This document shows positions 19,583 to 29,710 of a DNA stretch of 64,000 nucleotides, in pieces (position 1 is the first letter of the stretch; the number at the start of each line of letters is the position of its first letter). The stretch comes from an uncultured Thermoplasmata archaeon (lineage in GTDB: Archaea > Thermoplasmatota > Thermoplasmata > Halarchaeoplasmatales > Halarchaeoplasmataceae): the NCBI GenBank assembly GCA_964394465.1, contig CAYMXS010000006.1:5836-69835 (forward strand), read 5' to 3'. A program made the position numbers and the translations under genes. A model generated the notes under the pieces. It was not told the DNA's origin and did not search any database. It saw nothing but the letters and a program-made list of their open reading frames with translations.

Positions 19583-19661
19583 ACTATAAGGCAAATTAAA
19601 CAATGGTATAGCTTTAGTATTGGAAACTCCTATTTATAGTTAAAGCACCAGTTAGAAAAAT

Positions 19662-20609
19662 TCACCATCTTTTTGGATAATCACCGGTTGGATGGAATAC
19701 TCTCTCAGTACGGATGACCAAGCCCTCTTCCATATCCATGATCTCTTCCGCATCCTTTATTGCTTCACCAACGGCTAGACCCTCCATCTTCGGAGAAAAA
19801 ATACTCACTTTATCACCCAGGTCAAAGTCATCCATCTCCAGTATGCCGGGAACGGCGATGTCCGCACCATTGAGTATGGAAGCGGAACAGGTGTCCTTCA
19901 CTTTCACACCTGGAAATCTTTTCATCACGTCTTCGTAGGGTCGGAGTATATCTTTGAGATGGTCAGTTTCCCCATCCTGGTAATACTCCATGGCATCCTT
20001 CAGGTCCTGAAGAGTACAACTCTCATCTTCCTTGAAACCGCCGGCCTCGGTGCGCCTCAACTCCATCATATGACCGCCGGTCCCCATGGTCTTCCCGAGG
20101 TCTTTACACAACGTCCTGATATAGGTGCCGGACTCACATCTCACCCTAAGAAGGTACTCTTTCTTTGTCCTATGGCAATCTAGAAGTTCCAACTCGTATA
20201 TCTTCCGGGAGCGTCTTCTTCTCTTCACGCCGGAACGGACCGGAGGGGTCTGATATATCTCACCTTTGAATTCCTCTAGTATCTCAAGAAGATAGTCATC
20301 ATCTATAGTTCCGTGGAACTTCATTGCCGCTACGTACTCCTTTGGCTCCCTGTGAAGGTAGTCTATCAGTCTTACGGAAAGACCTATCCCCATGGGTAGA
20401 ACGCCCGTGGCGTTGGGGTCCAAGGTACCGCTGTGCCCCGCTTTTCGGTCAAACATCCTCTGTACCCAGGAGGATACCTGGTGACTGGTTGGACCAGCCG
20501 GTTTGTCTAGAACAAAGACGGATCTAGGTATAAGTTCTTCTAATTCCCTTCTGTTGGGATGATCACCCCATTTTGAAACTGTATTATTCTTCCCCTTCAC
20601 GTACCTCAT
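19662..20609 (-). CDS. cbf5: tRNA/rRNA pseudouridine synthase Cbf5 (TruB family, with PUA domain)
   Basis: VLDKPAGPTSHQV and GTLDP motifs. C-terminal PUA domain. Position after cmk is as in other archaea. Confidence 0.9.
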   Translation of the reverse strand: MRYVKGKNNTVSKWGDHPNRRELEELIPRSVFVLDKPAGPTSHQVSSWVQRMFDRKAGHSGTLDPNATGVLPMGIGLSVRLIDYLHREPKEYVAAMKFHGTIDDDYLLEILEEFKGEIYQTPPVRSGVKRRRRSRKIYELELLDCHRTKKEYLLRVRCESGTYIRTLCKDLGKTMGTGGHMMELRRTEAGGFKEDESCTLQDLKDAMEYYQDGETDHLKDILRPYEDVMKRFPGVKVKDTCSASILNGADIAVPGILEMDDFDLGDKVSIFSPKMEGLAVGEAIKDAEEIMDMEEGLVIRTERVFHPTGDYPKRW

Positions 20610-21174
20610 CGACTGCCCCCTTCTCTATCCTTTCCACTATCTCCTCTGGACTATGCTCATGAGAATCTATGACCAGGTCGTAAAACGAAGTGTCGAAGAT
20701 GTCTATATCATAGTAATCGCGATAGCGCTTCTCCTCGCTCTTCTCCCTGCGTTTTACCCTTTGTTCCAACTCGGGAAGGTCTTCTTCTTTCACATCTTCT
20801 CTCTCAGCTATCCTTCTGACCCTTACCTCCAAAGGAGCGCGCAACCAGACCTTGTAGGCTTCCTTTTCAGAGTCATGCATCAGATGTCCGGTCAAGCGTC
20901 CTTCCAGTATCTTTCCGGGCTCTGCAGAGCGGATCATCCTCCTATCCAGTTCTTTATCTATCTTCTCATCTTTCTCGGCTAGGATACTAAAATCCTCCAG
21001 AGAGAGATCGCGTTCTTTGGCCATATCTCTGAAGATCTCACCCGAAGATATTATCTCCATCCCCGTACTTTCAGCCAGCCTGTTGGCCGCAGTGGATGTA
21101 CCGCTCCCGGGCAGACCGCTTATGGTGATTATTATCCTGTCGAACGTATCTTCTACAGAGATGTATAACGACAC
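20584..21174 (-). CDS. cmk: archaeal cytidylate kinase
   Basis: IIITISGLPGSGTSTAANRLAE P-loop and archaeal Cmk-like layout. Sits between DUF106 and cbf5. Confidence 0.8.
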   Translation of the reverse strand: MSLYISVEDTFDRIIITISGLPGSGTSTAANRLAESTGMEIISSGEIFRDMAKERDLSLEDFSILAEKDEKIDKELDRRMIRSAEPGKILEGRLTGHLMHDSEKEAYKVWLRAPLEVRVRRIAEREDVKEEDLPELEQRVKRREKSEEKRYRDYYDIDIFDTSFYDLVIDSHEHSPEEIVERIEKGAVDEVREGEE

Positions 21175-21189
21175 TCCTTGGGATTTTAT

Positions 21190-21903
21190 CTATACACTTT
21201 CCTCATCTTCCAAGCGTTTCCTGAAATCGTATATCTTGAGCAGTACCAGGAACACCTGACCTAGTGGTACGGAGATGAGCATATAAACACCTATCCACTG
21301 GAAGAAGGGGAAAAAACAGGCATCTATTATAGAATCCTGTAGATTCGCGTTCAGTGCCCAAGGCGTCGAATAAATCGTATTGGGCAGGCCCTGGATGAAC
21401 GTCCATATCCAGCCGAATATGGATATGATGACCACCATCGTGACCACCATCGACTTGAGCTGAGGTTTCATCATATTCATAGACTTCTTAGATATCTCAG
21501 GCTGCATCTCCTCCATCTTCTTGACCTTTGTGGTCTTGTTGGCCCGTTTAGCCTCCATCAGCTCGGATCGGAACTTATTGCTCACTTCTTGGTTCTCAGC
21601 CATCTCCACCCAATCCATGAATATATCCCTCACAGCGGTGGAGAACGCTATCATCATGGTACCGGCCAGTATAAGCGTCAGGATCGGATAATTCCCGTTG
21701 AAGCCGATGGCTGGATAAAGTACAGAGCCCAGAGCCCTACCTATCTGGAAACGTAGATCTGGGTTGAAGAGGACCATGAGCAAAATGACACCTAGAAATA
21801 TGTAGCCAAATCTCCTCATATCAAAGAGGGGCTTACCTCCCTGCCTACTAGGCGCCTCCTCTTTTTCTTCTGCTTCCTTTACCTCTTCTGATTCTTCTGA
21901 CAA
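21190..21903 (-). CDS. DUF106 family membrane protein (archaeal EMC3/Oxa1-like)
   Basis: Three TM helices with a central charged coiled-coil. Conserved synteny immediately downstream of secY. Confidence 0.65.
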   Translation of the reverse strand: MSEESEEVKEAEEKEEAPSRQGGKPLFDMRRFGYIFLGVILLMVLFNPDLRFQIGRALGSVLYPAIGFNGNYPILTLILAGTMMIAFSTAVRDIFMDWVEMAENQEVSNKFRSELMEAKRANKTTKVKKMEEMQPEISKKSMNMMKPQLKSMVVTMVVIISIFGWIWTFIQGLPNTIYSTPWALNANLQDSIIDACFFPFFQWIGVYMLISVPLGQVFLVLLKIYDFRKRLEDEESV

Positions 21904-21918
21904 TTCATCACCAATGTT

Positions 21919-23505
21919 CTATTGATTACCGAAGAAGTCCCTCAATACGGGGTGCATCTCCATCATCTGTTCTTTGCCCATCTGCTCGTACAACTGAGTG
22001 AGAATAGATACGGCCAGGAAAAGACTCGTACCGCTGGTGTTACCGACGGTACCCAACATATTTGCGACTGCAGCCAAGGCCCCTATAAAGAAGCCGCTGA
22101 AGTTGGTTATAGTAGGTATATACCTTTCCAAAACCTTTCTCAGAACCCGAGGGTCCCTCCTGAAACCAGGTATCTGCATACCACTGTCTTGGATCTGGTC
22201 AGCCACGGATTCCGCGTCCATGTTCGTGGTCTGGATCCAGAAGTTCGCGAACAGGACGGCAAAGACCACCATGAAGGTGAAATGACATATCACATGGGCA
22301 GCGACCTGCACCTTGCTGTGAGTGAGGACAACTTGACCTGCCTGATTGGTGACCTCCCGCATACCCGAGTACTTATCAGATATCAACGGTAGAAGCCAGT
22401 CCTGAAGCCCGTTGATCCTCGAGATATACCAGGCTCCTCCACCGATAGGTTGAGTTGACCTGGGCTGGTACATACCTATCCACCATTTATGTCCAACTAA
22501 TGGGAAGTTCTGGAAGGTTGGATTGTTGTAGAACAACATGGCGAAGAGATTTATGTTAGCTAGAAGTGCGGAAACGAGGATGACCGGCAGTACAGATGAG
22601 TAAACAAGTTTCAGGGGATACCTACCTCTTGCCCCTCTGGCCCTACCGTGTGATAACGGCAGTTCCACCCGTGATCCCTGAACATACGCAACTATCACGA
22701 ATATAATTATAGTCGATACTAGAGCTATTATAGGATTAGGGTTCTGCAGTAGCAGGGTCTCCAGCCTTCCTGAAGCTAGCTGCTGTGCGGAGTTATGCTG
22801 GATGAGATATATCGTTTTAGGAACGGTCCCCACGGGGATAGGCGACTGAGGCTGATTGGGATTGGTCTCCCAGTTGAACGTCCCGGTGAAAATCCCCTGA
22901 GAAACGCCGGCGACGATGAAAAGACTGATACCGCTGCCGATACCCCATTTGGATATCACTTCATCCATCAAGAAGATCAGATAAGAGCCAAAAGCTATCT
23001 GAGCAACTATCAGAGCCTGAGCTATCTGCTTCCCGTATCCAGATACGTAGCCTCCCATGGTACTAACGAAGGCGTCTGCCGGCTGCAGATAGCCGAATAC
23101 CTGTGGGACGGCCTGCACGAATATCATCACGATGACGAGGAATTTTTGTGTGTTCTGATATACAGCTTTGTCCTCTGGATCCTTCATGTCCAGGTCTATG
23201 ATCTCCGAGCCCTGGAAGAGCTGCATCATTATAGAAGCGTTCACGATAGGGGATATCCCCAGATGGACGATAGAGCCCGATTTCCCTGCAAAAATCGCCC
23301 TGAACTGGGCGAAGAGATCCATGGACTCACCCATGCTCAACCCGTAGACGGAAACGTTCGTCAGGGCAAAATAAACCACCAATACCAAGATGAGCCACAG
23401 CATCTTACGTTTGAAATGCACGTGACCCTCTGGCTGCTTGACAGAAGGCATCCGCCCGGTTATGGGCTTGAGTTTGTAAAGAAGGCTCTTATCCTCGTCT
23501 GCCAT
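21919..23505 (-). CDS. secY: preprotein translocase subunit SecY
   Basis: 10-TM SecY/Sec61alpha topology and conserved segments. Follows uL15 as in all archaea. Confidence 0.95.
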   Translation of the reverse strand: MADEDKSLLYKLKPITGRMPSVKQPEGHVHFKRKMLWLILVLVVYFALTNVSVYGLSMGESMDLFAQFRAIFAGKSGSIVHLGISPIVNASIMMQLFQGSEIIDLDMKDPEDKAVYQNTQKFLVIVMIFVQAVPQVFGYLQPADAFVSTMGGYVSGYGKQIAQALIVAQIAFGSYLIFLMDEVISKWGIGSGISLFIVAGVSQGIFTGTFNWETNPNQPQSPIPVGTVPKTIYLIQHNSAQQLASGRLETLLLQNPNPIIALVSTIIIFVIVAYVQGSRVELPLSHGRARGARGRYPLKLVYSSVLPVILVSALLANINLFAMLFYNNPTFQNFPLVGHKWWIGMYQPRSTQPIGGGAWYISRINGLQDWLLPLISDKYSGMREVTNQAGQVVLTHSKVQVAAHVICHFTFMVVFAVLFANFWIQTTNMDAESVADQIQDSGMQIPGFRRDPRVLRKVLERYIPTITNFSGFFIGALAAVANMLGTVGNTSGTSLFLAVSILTQLYEQMGKEQMMEMHPVLRDFFGNQ

Positions 23506-23524
23506 CTGGGCTTCACTTCCTGTT

Positions 23525-23956
23525 TTAGTCTGTCTTCAACTCTCCTCCAGCCTCTTCTATCTTCTCGGCTGCCCTATCACTGGAGGAGGGTACTTTGATC
23601 CTCATCTCGTATCTAGGAGAACCTCTACTTAAAAGTTTATCATAACCAGCTTCTTCAAGGTTGATCTTGTAGACATCGTCTTCCTTCTTTGCATATCCGT
23701 CTTCCATCAGCTGGTCCAACATCTCTTCGACCTGATAGATGTTTATAGCCTCTTTCTCCTCTACAAGGGATTGGGGTCGGGTGAATCCTTTGGGGCCGAA
23801 GTAATCAGGGTCGTGCTTGGCTAAGGACTTCCATTTATGCTTGTCTAAACCGGCTTTTCCTCGGCCACCGCGTTCTCCAGCACCTCGGCCGTTTTTGACA
23901 CCTCGGCCGTGAGACCTAGATCCTCTATTTTTCTTTCTCTTCGTTTTCTTCCCCAT
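23525..23956 (-). CDS. rpl15: 50S ribosomal protein uL15
   Basis: Gly/Arg-rich N-terminus (GRGVKNGRGAGERGGRGKAG). Position before secY. Confidence 0.9.
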   Translation of the reverse strand: MGKKTKRKKNRGSRSHGRGVKNGRGAGERGGRGKAGLDKHKWKSLAKHDPDYFGPKGFTRPQSLVEEKEAINIYQVEEMLDQLMEDGYAKKEDDVYKINLEEAGYDKLLSRGSPRYEMRIKVPSSSDRAAEKIEEAGGELKTD

Positions 23957-23961
23957 GATTA

Positions 23962-24447
23962 TCAGTCTCCTGAGCTGTATTCCGGTCCTAACATCTTGAC
24001 TAGGAGGTCGTTGATAGCCTGACCTCGGTAGCCTAAAGAGCCACCGCTGTTATAAGGTTTTTTGACGGAACGATAGCCTCCCCGTGGCGGATGAAGTCTG
24101 AAAAGGTTATCAAGATCCGGTATAGAATCCATACTTGACTCACCCTTTGCAACAGCACCGGCGAAGTCCATCACAGATTCATACTGGGTTTCATCTTCCA
24201 CTCTTTTCTTGACGCTCTTCTTGTCCAAGCCGGACCTCAGAAGGATCAAACGTCCAAGGGACATCTTCTCTATCTCACCCCAGGTGACCATGTCCTTTAC
24301 CTTGTTGAGCATGCCTTCATAGTGGTCCTCTTCAGGTACTATAGTACAGTGGTTTACCTTCCTAAGTCGAAGCATATCTAGGGTATCAAGGACCTTCTTC
24401 GATTTGTTCTTTGAGCCTCTCAATCTCAGTACTGCGTAACTCATCAT
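23962..24447 (-). CDS. rpl30: 50S ribosomal protein uL30
   Basis: [11 protein letters not shown]...TL..L.L...N archaeal L30 pattern. Position. Confidence 0.85.
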   Translation of the reverse strand: MMSYAVLRLRGSKNKSKKVLDTLDMLRLRKVNHCTIVPEEDHYEGMLNKVKDMVTWGEIEKMSLGRLILLRSGLDKKSVKKRVEDETQYESVMDFAGAVAKGESSMDSIPDLDNLFRLHPPRGGYRSVKKPYNSGGSLGYRGQAINDLLVKMLGPEYSSGD

Positions 24448-25130
24448 GTACCAGCCTCCTTGGCTTCTTGTTGATCTTCTTGCTCTTCATGTATACCCTG
24501 AATTATGCCGAGCTCCTGGGCCTGATCCTTCCGAACGGTCATCTCGGATGTTTTCTTCAGAGCGTTGAATATGGCCTGGGCGTAATTTACCGTCGTACGG
24601 GTTGTACCCTTAGAGAAGGCCCACATATCTTGGATACCGGCCCTCTCCAACACGGATTTGGCAGTATCACCTACGGCTAGACCGACCCCTCTCGGAGCGG
24701 GCTTTAGGATCACTTTTACTGATCCACTTTTTCCAGTCACCTCGAATGGTATCGTATGAGGGTTACCACAGCCGCATTCCCAGGACCCGCAGCCTCTTCT
24801 GATCCTTATCATATTGAGTTTTGCGGAATCCATACATTTTCTTATAGTTGCTCCCACTTCGTTTCCTTTTGCGGTCCCGACGCCTACGTAACCGTCTCTA
24901 TTCCCTATGACAGTAGTGACCGTAAACCTGACTCTTCTCCCGGCATCGGTCATCCGCTGGACCATGTTGACATCCAGAACATCGTCATCCATCTCGGCAA
25001 ATAGCGCATCGACTATCTCAGGCTCTTTTATAGGCAGCCTGGTAGCTAAGGCTTCCTTCATACTGGTTACTTCTCCGCGTTTTACCATCCTGCCCAAGCG
25101 GGTCTTAGGTTCCCAAACGTTATTCATCAA
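24444..25130 (-). CDS. rps5: 30S ribosomal protein uS5
   Basis: Conserved VGDGNGRVG-like ([19 protein letters not shown]) and GIAAG-like segments. Operon position. Confidence 0.9.
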   Translation of the reverse strand: MMNNVWEPKTRLGRMVKRGEVTSMKEALATRLPIKEPEIVDALFAEMDDDVLDVNMVQRMTDAGRRVRFTVTTVIGNRDGYVGVGTAKGNEVGATIRKCMDSAKLNMIRIRRGCGSWECGCGNPHTIPFEVTGKSGSVKVILKPAPRGVGLAVGDTAKSVLERAGIQDMWAFSKGTTRTTVNYAQAIFNALKKTSEMTVRKDQAQELGIIQGIHEEQEDQQEAKEAGT

Positions 25131-25636
25131 TATTCCTCCAATTTAGATTTGACTTCTTCAAATTCTTCCACTGTTTCCTCGTCGATATGTTCTCCCCTCA
25201 GTCTCTCCTCAGGGGGTAGTACCTCCGGGTCATGTGGAACTTCGATACCTGCATCGACGATGCCTGAAAGAGCGGAGAATATCCTGCCGCCCTTCTCAGG
25301 GTGGTTCAGGCCTATGTCGAGAACGGCCTCATCTATACCCTTCTCTCTAGCTTTCTTAGCTGCCAAGTAGCCGACAAGATAAGAACTGGGTATGTTCAAG
25401 CCGTACTGTTCCCATCCAAAATCCTCCAGATGTTTACTCGTAGCTACTGCTTCCACCCTATCGCCTTCTGGATCGTAGCGGATGAACTGGACCTGTATGT
25501 TCTTGTTAGATAGTCTTACAACGGCTCTGACCTTCCTTGATTTTAGAAGGCGAAGTCTCTGTCTGTAATCAGTCTTACCTTCCTGCCTTCTCTTCAAAGG
25601 CATCCTGTGTGTAGGCCCTTCACCCATCTTGACCAC
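25127..25636 (-). CDS. rpl18: 50S ribosomal protein uL18
   Basis: [19 protein letters not shown] motif typical of archaeal L18. Confidence 0.9.
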   Translation of the reverse strand: MVKMGEGPTHRMPLKRRQEGKTDYRQRLRLLKSRKVRAVVRLSNKNIQVQFIRYDPEGDRVEAVATSKHLEDFGWEQYGLNIPSSYLVGYLAAKKAREKGIDEAVLDIGLNHPEKGGRIFSALSGIVDAGIEVPHDPEVLPPEERLRGEHIDEETVEEFEEVKSKLEEY

Positions 25637-26111
25637 GCTCCATCAATTCGTAACTGTCTTCAAGGTGCCCTTCCATCTTCAGATGAAGTATCATGTCTGA
25701 GCGGTCCTCGAAGGTACCGCCCTTGGCCTTCTTATAAAACTTTCTATACGTTGACCTGTCGATGTATTCCTCGTCCCTCAGGTGGCGCAACTCGTCCCGG
25801 ATCACTCTTATCCTCTTTTTCCAATCTTCCTTGGAATCGTGTCTAGCGTTCTTCTTGCCTTTTCTCTTACCGTGTCCTTTCTGTCTTCCTTTCTTCTTCT
25901 GTTCCTGTCTATCTCTGGTTCTTCCTCGGGAGTTGCCCTTCTCTCCCTTCTTCTGGATGACACCACGATTGATCAACTTCTCTACCTCCTCTCGAGTTAT
26001 GGCCTCTATGACCTCGTCGAGCATGGTGTCATCTATCCAAACTCTGTTCTCACCGCACTTGAGTATGTCAGCGGCTAACCTTTTTTGATATTTAACATCC
26101 ATGACTACCAC
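25620..26111 (-). CDS. rpl19e: 50S ribosomal protein eL19
   Basis: KRLAADILKCGENRVWID start typical of L19e. Confidence 0.9.
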   Translation of the reverse strand: MVVMDVKYQKRLAADILKCGENRVWIDDTMLDEVIEAITREEVEKLINRGVIQKKGEKGNSRGRTRDRQEQKKKGRQKGHGKRKGKKNARHDSKEDWKKRIRVIRDELRHLRDEEYIDRSTYRKFYKKAKGGTFEDRSDMILHLKMEGHLEDSYELMERGQDG

Positions 26112-26116
26112 CTGAT

Positions 26117-26548
26117 CTAAGATGATCTGTTGAGTACTCTAATATCCATTTCATCAGCTTTCTCCTCTATTTTAATCCTTTTACGCATCCCGACACCGTG
26201 AGCGATACGAGCCGCCTCGGTATCTGGGTCGATATCTTCAAGTTCATCAGTGTTATGTACCAATACCTCTTCGAAACCAGAAGGATGTAGACCCCTTACT
26301 TTCTTGGGAGACCGATATCCTTCGGAAACCACGTTTGGTCTGTATTTTATATTTTGCCTAGCTTTGGAGTGGGTACCTCTAGCGTTCCTCCAAGTGTTCC
26401 TGTCCAATTTTTTATAGCGGAACCACTCCTGTCTTGCGAAAGCCGGCCTGCTCTTCTTTATCTGCTCTCTTTTCTCTAACAGTTTCTCAGTTTCCTCGTC
26501 AAGGTCAGGTTTCTTCTTGACTTCATATTCTTCATCTTCTTCTGCCAT
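26117..26548 (-). CDS. rpl32e: 50S ribosomal protein eL32
   Basis: QEWFRYKKL..WR..RG..SK.R conserved L32e core. Confidence 0.85.
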   Translation of the reverse strand: MAEEDEEYEVKKKPDLDEETEKLLEKREQIKKSRPAFARQEWFRYKKLDRNTWRNARGTHSKARQNIKYRPNVVSEGYRSPKKVRGLHPSGFEEVLVHNTDELEDIDPDTEAARIAHGVGMRKRIKIEEKADEMDIRVLNRSS

Positions 26549-26565
26549 GATCGAACACCTCTTGA

Positions 26566-27126
26566 TTATACCAGTGGTTTACCTGCCTTCTCGATTATGT
26601 AGATGCCGTCCTGGAATACCCTGGGATCGGCACCTTTTATCTTGGTCGAAGACTCTACGTTGGCTGCCGTCTGGGCCACTTCCTCTCTGTTTGGGCCTCT
26701 CAGTATCAATATATCGTCGTCTATCTCCGCCTTTGTATCCCCCAGCAGCGGGGCTTTTCTCGGCTCAGATTCTCCTACGAAGTTCTCGCAGACTATCTCA
26801 TCTTCTTCTACTCTAACTTTCATCGGAAAATGTGAGTAGATGATCTTCAGCTTGTAGACGAAATCTTCTTGAACACCTTGGACCATGTTGTTCAGATGTG
26901 ACCTGTAGGTCCCTATAAGCGCCTTCTCCTCTTTGGAGGGAGAGTCCACACTCAGTATGATCTCGTCCTCCTTTATATCGATATCTATCTTTGGATTTCC
27001 GAAAGTCTTCGAGGCCTCACCGTTCTCTCCATAAAAGGTGACCTCATCGCCTTCTCTTTCAACCCTTATGGACTCGGGTATCTCAATCCTTTCTTCCAAT
27101 CTAGCTGCAACTGGCATTTTGACCAC
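26566..27126 (-). CDS. rpl6: 50S ribosomal protein uL6
   Basis: Two-domain L6 pattern. Position between eL32 and uS8. Confidence 0.85.
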   Translation of the reverse strand: MVKMPVAARLEERIEIPESIRVEREGDEVTFYGENGEASKTFGNPKIDIDIKEDEIILSVDSPSKEEKALIGTYRSHLNNMVQGVQEDFVYKLKIIYSHFPMKVRVEEDEIVCENFVGESEPRKAPLLGDTKAEIDDDILILRGPNREEVAQTAANVESSTKIKGADPRVFQDGIYIIEKAGKPLV

Positions 27127-27128
27127 TC

Positions 27129-27518
27129 TCAGTAAACATAAGCTAACAGTTTTCCTCCGATCCTCTTTTCCTTCGCTTCTGAGTGTGAGATGACACCGTG
27201 ATTGGTCGTGAGTATCAAGACACCGAAGGCCTGAGCCGGTAGGTATCTAGACTCGTAGCCGTCTATATCGGAGACTTGAACTGACCAACGGGGCTTGATG
27301 ACCTTACACTTATTGATATTTCCATTCAACAATACATTGTATTTGTCTCCACGGCCATCTTCCACATACTCGAACCTCTCTAGATAACCGTTGCTCTGCA
27401 TAACCTTCAATACCCTGCCGATCAACTTAGATGCAGGTTTTACCTGGCATTCCAACTTACCGCTTTGTTCTGCGTTGTTTATGGTTGACAAAGCGTCATT
27501 CAACGGGTCGTACTTCAT
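27129..27518 (-). CDS. rps8: 30S ribosomal protein uS8
   Basis: MKYDPLNDALSTINNAEQ...GVISHSEA. Start moved to the internal Met, which is preceded by GAGGTG and avoids overlap with the uS14 stop. Confidence 0.85.
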   Translation of the reverse strand: MKYDPLNDALSTINNAEQSGKLECQVKPASKLIGRVLKVMQSNGYLERFEYVEDGRGDKYNVLLNGNINKCKVIKPRWSVQVSDIDGYESRYLPAQAFGVLILTTNHGVISHSEAKEKRIGGKLLAYVY

Positions 27519-27529
27519 AGACTTACACC

Positions 27530-27694
27530 TCACGAATATTTTTCAAATCCTAACTCTTCGGCCACTTCTCTAAAGCACTGCCTGCAGATATGGAGACCGT
27601 ATCTACGGATGATACCTCTCTTACGGCCGCATCGTCTGCATCCTTCTTTTCTTCCGAAGTCCTTATCCGGTTTCAATCCCTCTTCATCTGACAT
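27530..27694 (-). CDS. rps14: 30S ribosomal protein uS14 (type Z, zinc-binding), 54 aa; missing from the ORF track
   Basis: Manual translation of the minus strand: [54 protein letters not shown]. Two CxxC pairs. Sits exactly between uL5 and uS8. Confidence 0.85.
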   Translation of the reverse strand: MSDEEGLKPDKDFGRKEGCRRCGRKRGIIRRYGLHICRQCFREVAEELGFEKYS

Positions 27695-28216
27695 CTAATA
27701 CACCTCCACGTCGAAGCTCTCTTCGACGAACTCTATGCTTTCGTCCTTGGAGAGCTGGTGGCTCTTTGGTAACTCCTTTGGTTTCTTCTTACGCTTCTTT
27801 ATCCTGTAGCCTTTCCTGGCCATCTCGACGGATATATCCATCCCGAATATGCCTATCTCTGGATCATAACTGACCCCTTCGAAGTCGGTGTAATCCTCTA
27901 TCCCGAAGGAGAAGTTCCCTCTCTCATCGAAGCATGTTTCAGGGATAGAATCTTCTCTGACCCAGAAGGCCCGGTTCAAGAAATCATAGGCCCTTTCTCC
28001 TCTCAGTGTAACTTTACAGCCGACTGGTTGCCCTTCTCGAATACCGAAGTCCGCGTTGGTTGTATCTGCAGTGGTCTCTATGGGTTCCTGATTCGTCAGC
28101 ATCTCTAATACGTCGAAGGCCTTTCTCAATTTTTCTCCGCCCTGACCTACACCTATGTTGACCACACATTTGACCAGTCGAGGCTCCTTCATCTCGTTAT
28201 CGTAGTCCATACTCAT
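27695..28216 (-). CDS. rpl5: 50S ribosomal protein uL5
   Basis: Conserved L5 core (NIGVGQGGEKL..A..VL..LTNQ.P). Position. Confidence 0.9.
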   Translation of the reverse strand: MSMDYDNEMKEPRLVKCVVNIGVGQGGEKLRKAFDVLEMLTNQEPIETTADTTNADFGIREGQPVGCKVTLRGERAYDFLNRAFWVREDSIPETCFDERGNFSFGIEDYTDFEGVSYDPEIGIFGMDISVEMARKGYRIKKRKKKPKELPKSHQLSKDESIEFVEESFDVEVY

Positions 28217-28929
28217 ACTATCCCCACCTCAGGGATCTTTATCTCCGGCGTGTCCTCGCCGATGGGGAACACGTAATCTTCCACAGTAGACACACCAGAA
28301 TCGAAATGTACGAGGTTATCCTGTGGACCTTTCATTATCTCGTATTTCTCTATCTTCCCTATCTCCCCGATGTGCTTGCCGCCGGTTATCAGGGCCATAT
28401 ACCCCTTCCTGAATTGTATGACGTCTAGCACTTTCTGTGAAGGCAACTGGATCTTGAGGACGTTCTTGGTTCTGAATTTATTGGCGTCGTCCAGGACTAT
28501 ATTCCTCCCGTCATGGAGATTGTACTGGGTCTTACCACCTTTGAGCGAGACCTTGTCCACTATCTTACAGAGCTTCCAACCACTTTGGTCCTCCTCGATT
28601 GGGCCCAACCTGATCTGGCCCTTCTGATCGAACAGTACCCTGTAATGCTCCTTTAAAGACGGTATGGATACGACGTTCATCAGTCCCAGAGGCTGCTTAC
28701 CGTCAGTTGCAACGGTCCCATCGACCTTCACCTTCCTTTCACCGAGCAGTATCTTCGCTTCTCTCGCACTCTCAGCGTACTCCAATATGTCTCTAACAAC
28801 GACTAACAAAGGTACGCTTCTATCCTCTGGATATGGGCCAGGATTCGATTTCGGGGCCCAGTAATGGTCCTTTGTGGGGATTCCCCACTTCTCCGAAGGT
28901 ATCTGATATCTATTATTATGTCTCGTCAT
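28213..28929 (-). CDS. rps4e: 30S ribosomal protein eS4
   Basis: S4e N-terminal domain (HYWAPKSNPGPY...), KOW-like C-terminus. 4-nt overlaps with neighbours. Confidence 0.9.
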   Translation of the reverse strand: MTRHNNRYQIPSEKWGIPTKDHYWAPKSNPGPYPEDRSVPLLVVVRDILEYAESAREAKILLGERKVKVDGTVATDGKQPLGLMNVVSIPSLKEHYRVLFDQKGQIRLGPIEEDQSGWKLCKIVDKVSLKGGKTQYNLHDGRNIVLDDANKFRTKNVLKIQLPSQKVLDVIQFRKGYMALITGGKHIGEIGKIEKYEIMKGPQDNLVHFDSGVSTVEDYVFPIGEDTPEIKIPEVGIV

Positions 28930-29309
28930 TCGTTACCCTCCTCTGATATATTTTCGATCTTCTTCTTTCTCCAAGGGTCTGAAAGATTTAGTTTCGTTAT
29001 CTTAAGATTAGAAGGATGGATCCCAAAGGGCTCCTTTGATTCGTCCGCCTTCTGTACGGTCACATCTTCGATGTACACCTTTTCGTGTCTACTATCCACT
29101 TGAGCTACATCATCGATATGACCTTTAAAACCGCCTCTCATGACCTCTACTTCATCTCCCTCTCTGACCGGCAAACTTCTCGTGCCGTATTTCTCTCTCA
29201 GATCCTCTGCCAAGGTAGAGGACATGATCTTCCTCTTTTTATGATGAGAGGCGTTCTTTTGCCTTTTCCTCTGTTTTTCGGGTTTCTCGCTGGATGCCAT
29301 GTTTTTCAC
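28926..29309 (-). CDS. rpl24: 50S ribosomal protein uL24
   Basis: KOW motif (VREGDEVEVMRGGFKGHIDDV). Position. Confidence 0.85.
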   Translation of the reverse strand: MKNMASSEKPEKQRKRQKNASHHKKRKIMSSTLAEDLREKYGTRSLPVREGDEVEVMRGGFKGHIDDVAQVDSRHEKVYIEDVTVQKADESKEPFGIHPSNLKITKLNLSDPWRKKKIENISEEGNE

Positions 29310-29311
29310 CT

Positions 29312-29710
29312 CTACATTATCATTGCCGCCGTGGCGCCGACCCGGGGCCAGCGTTCAGCCGCTTCTCTAGCGACCGGGCCTTTTATCTCCGAGCCCTTGG
29401 TATCGCCGTCCTCATGAGTAAGCACGACAGCATTATCTTCAAACTCAACCATCACGCCGTCAGCTCTTCTAAAGGGCCTTTTCTGTCTAACTATAACCGC
29501 TCTTGTCAGGTCTCTCTTCATCTCAGGGGTTCCTTTCGTCACTGAAACCACTATCTGGTCGCCGATACCAGCCTTTGGATATCTTCGATGAACGCCGTGG
29601 TAGTTCACTACTGAAACGATCCTGACCTGTTTTGCGCCTGTATTATCTATACATTTCAGCTTGCTGCCGACCGAGAGTCCTTTTGTCTGGGTACCCGCGA
29701 CCCCTTTCAT
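29312..29710 (-). CDS. rpl14: 50S ribosomal protein uL14
   Basis: CIDNTGAKQV...GDQIVVSV classic L14. Confidence 0.9.
   Translation of the reverse strand: MKGVAGTQTKGLSVGSKLKCIDNTGAKQVRIVSVVNYHGVHRRYPKAGIGDQIVVSVTKGTPEMKRDLTRAVIVRQKRPFRRADGVMVEFEDNAVVLTHEDGDTKGSEIKGPVAREAAERWPRVGATAAMIM

Noticed and set aside
19417-19599. 60-aa ORF on plus strand
   Set aside because: It overlaps the tRNA-Ser gene on the opposite strand. The tRNA explains the sequence conservation.
20584-21174. Considered adenylate kinase (expected after secY in archaea) for this P-loop kinase
   Set aside because: The N-terminal I-ISGLPGSGTST motif and overall layout match archaeal cytidylate kinase rather than AdkA, so it is called cmk.
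22795-23598. 267-aa plus-strand ORF and others (21922..22392) within secY
   Set aside because: Antisense to the highly conserved secY. No protein-like features.
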